From: Sarea resinae
Lineage: Eukaryota
Assembly: GCA_026026165.1 (NCBI GenBank)
Contig: JAPEUD010000050.1
Span: 1 to 64,000, forward strand
DNA: 64,000 bases
Direction: 5' to 3'
Shown: piece by piece, positions 63,225 to 64,000 of the stretch
Layout of the letters: every line of letters starts with the position of its first letter
Position numbering within the stretch: position 1 is the first letter of the stretch
Made by a program: the position numbers and the translations under genes
The notes under the pieces: model-generated
Databases searched by the model: none
Told to the model about the DNA's origin: nothing
What the model saw: the letters and a program-made list of their open reading frames with translations, nothing else

Positions 63225-64000
63225 GTTTCTTGTCTCTTTGTTGCCCGGGGAGGATCTCTAGAAGGCGGTCAGCTTGGGCGAATCGTTGGACAGATAACAA
63301 TCGGAGCTGCTGTGGAGACTTACGTATCTATTGAAGTGCACAGAGTTCAATTCCTTACACCAAAGCCCAGCTGTCGAGAGGATTGAAGTCAAGGCCAAGC
63401 TTCCGTTCGCTTCGAGTCCTTCTTATAAGCTCTGGGATGCTGGTTCTAGACTGGTAGATCCCTTCCCGATTTAACTGCACTTAGATGCGAGTGGAGTATG
63501 TGGAGTATGCGTCAATGTGTAGGTCGGCGGCTGACGGGGTCGAAACTATGTATGCGCGAGGCACAATCAAAATGGAAAAGCGGCTGTGGTATATCGACCA
63601 GTGAGAGGTGTCCACGATAGATATGAAGGGCCGCAACGAAGCTATGCAGCTGTATATGTATGTGCGGATTTTGTATGTATGTATGTATGTAGGTAAATAT
63701 GCAAAAGTGCGCGTCCTGTGAGGATAATAATGAGTGGCTGAATGGCTTATTAGCTGAATATATCAATGGACCGTGTGAAGAGCTGGCCAAAGTGGCAGCC
63801 TCATTGTGGTTATATGCTGATATGCAGGGTCCATCCACTCTCTTGTCATGATTTGTCGAGTCGAGGGACGTGAGGCTGTCGGAGCTTCTTCGGACGGGGG
63901 CACCCCGTCCTACGTAGTCAGCCGCTGGCGGACCGAGTAACGAACAAAGCAAATGCATTGCATCGCATTGCATCGCGCCACTTCTTCTCCGTGTGGAGAT

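Noticed and set aside
1..64000. Biosynthetic gene cluster, transposon or CRISPR-like array
   Set aside because: No PKS, NRPS or terpene backbone gene, no transposase or RT ORF, no LTR or TIR pair, and no regularly spaced repeat-spacer array. Neighbouring genes are functionally unrelated housekeeping genes.

Overview
Eukaryotic genomic DNA from a filamentous ascomycete (Pezizomycotina-type short GT-AG introns with CTRAC/CTRAY branch points). I can support about 22 protein-coding genes, most of them spliced. Recognisable housekeeping genes: DIB1/dim1, RUS1/DUF647, MED18, PNKP/pnk1, RTT106, POF1-type NMN adenylyltransferase, SOK1/Tcp11, CIA1, MET6, an Ecm25-like RhoGAP, an ACOT9-like thioesterase and a steroid 5-alpha-reductase-like gene. 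Also present are a GXWXG protein, an FMN alpha-hydroxy-acid oxidase ending in -SKL, a secreted Ser/Thr-rich protein and an MHYT-domain membrane sensor. I saw no tRNA, rRNA, transposon or CRISPR. The two most interesting signals are (1) two unlinked tiny genes (91 aa and 74 aa) sharing the register M-C-x6-Y-x-C-N-H...C...C...C-P-x-C, a likely overlooked metal-binding microprotein family, and (2) mutually exclusive base-pairing elements in the MET6 5' leader and first intron, arranged like a splicing or translation switch. All protein family calls come from recognising motifs by eye; no database search was run.
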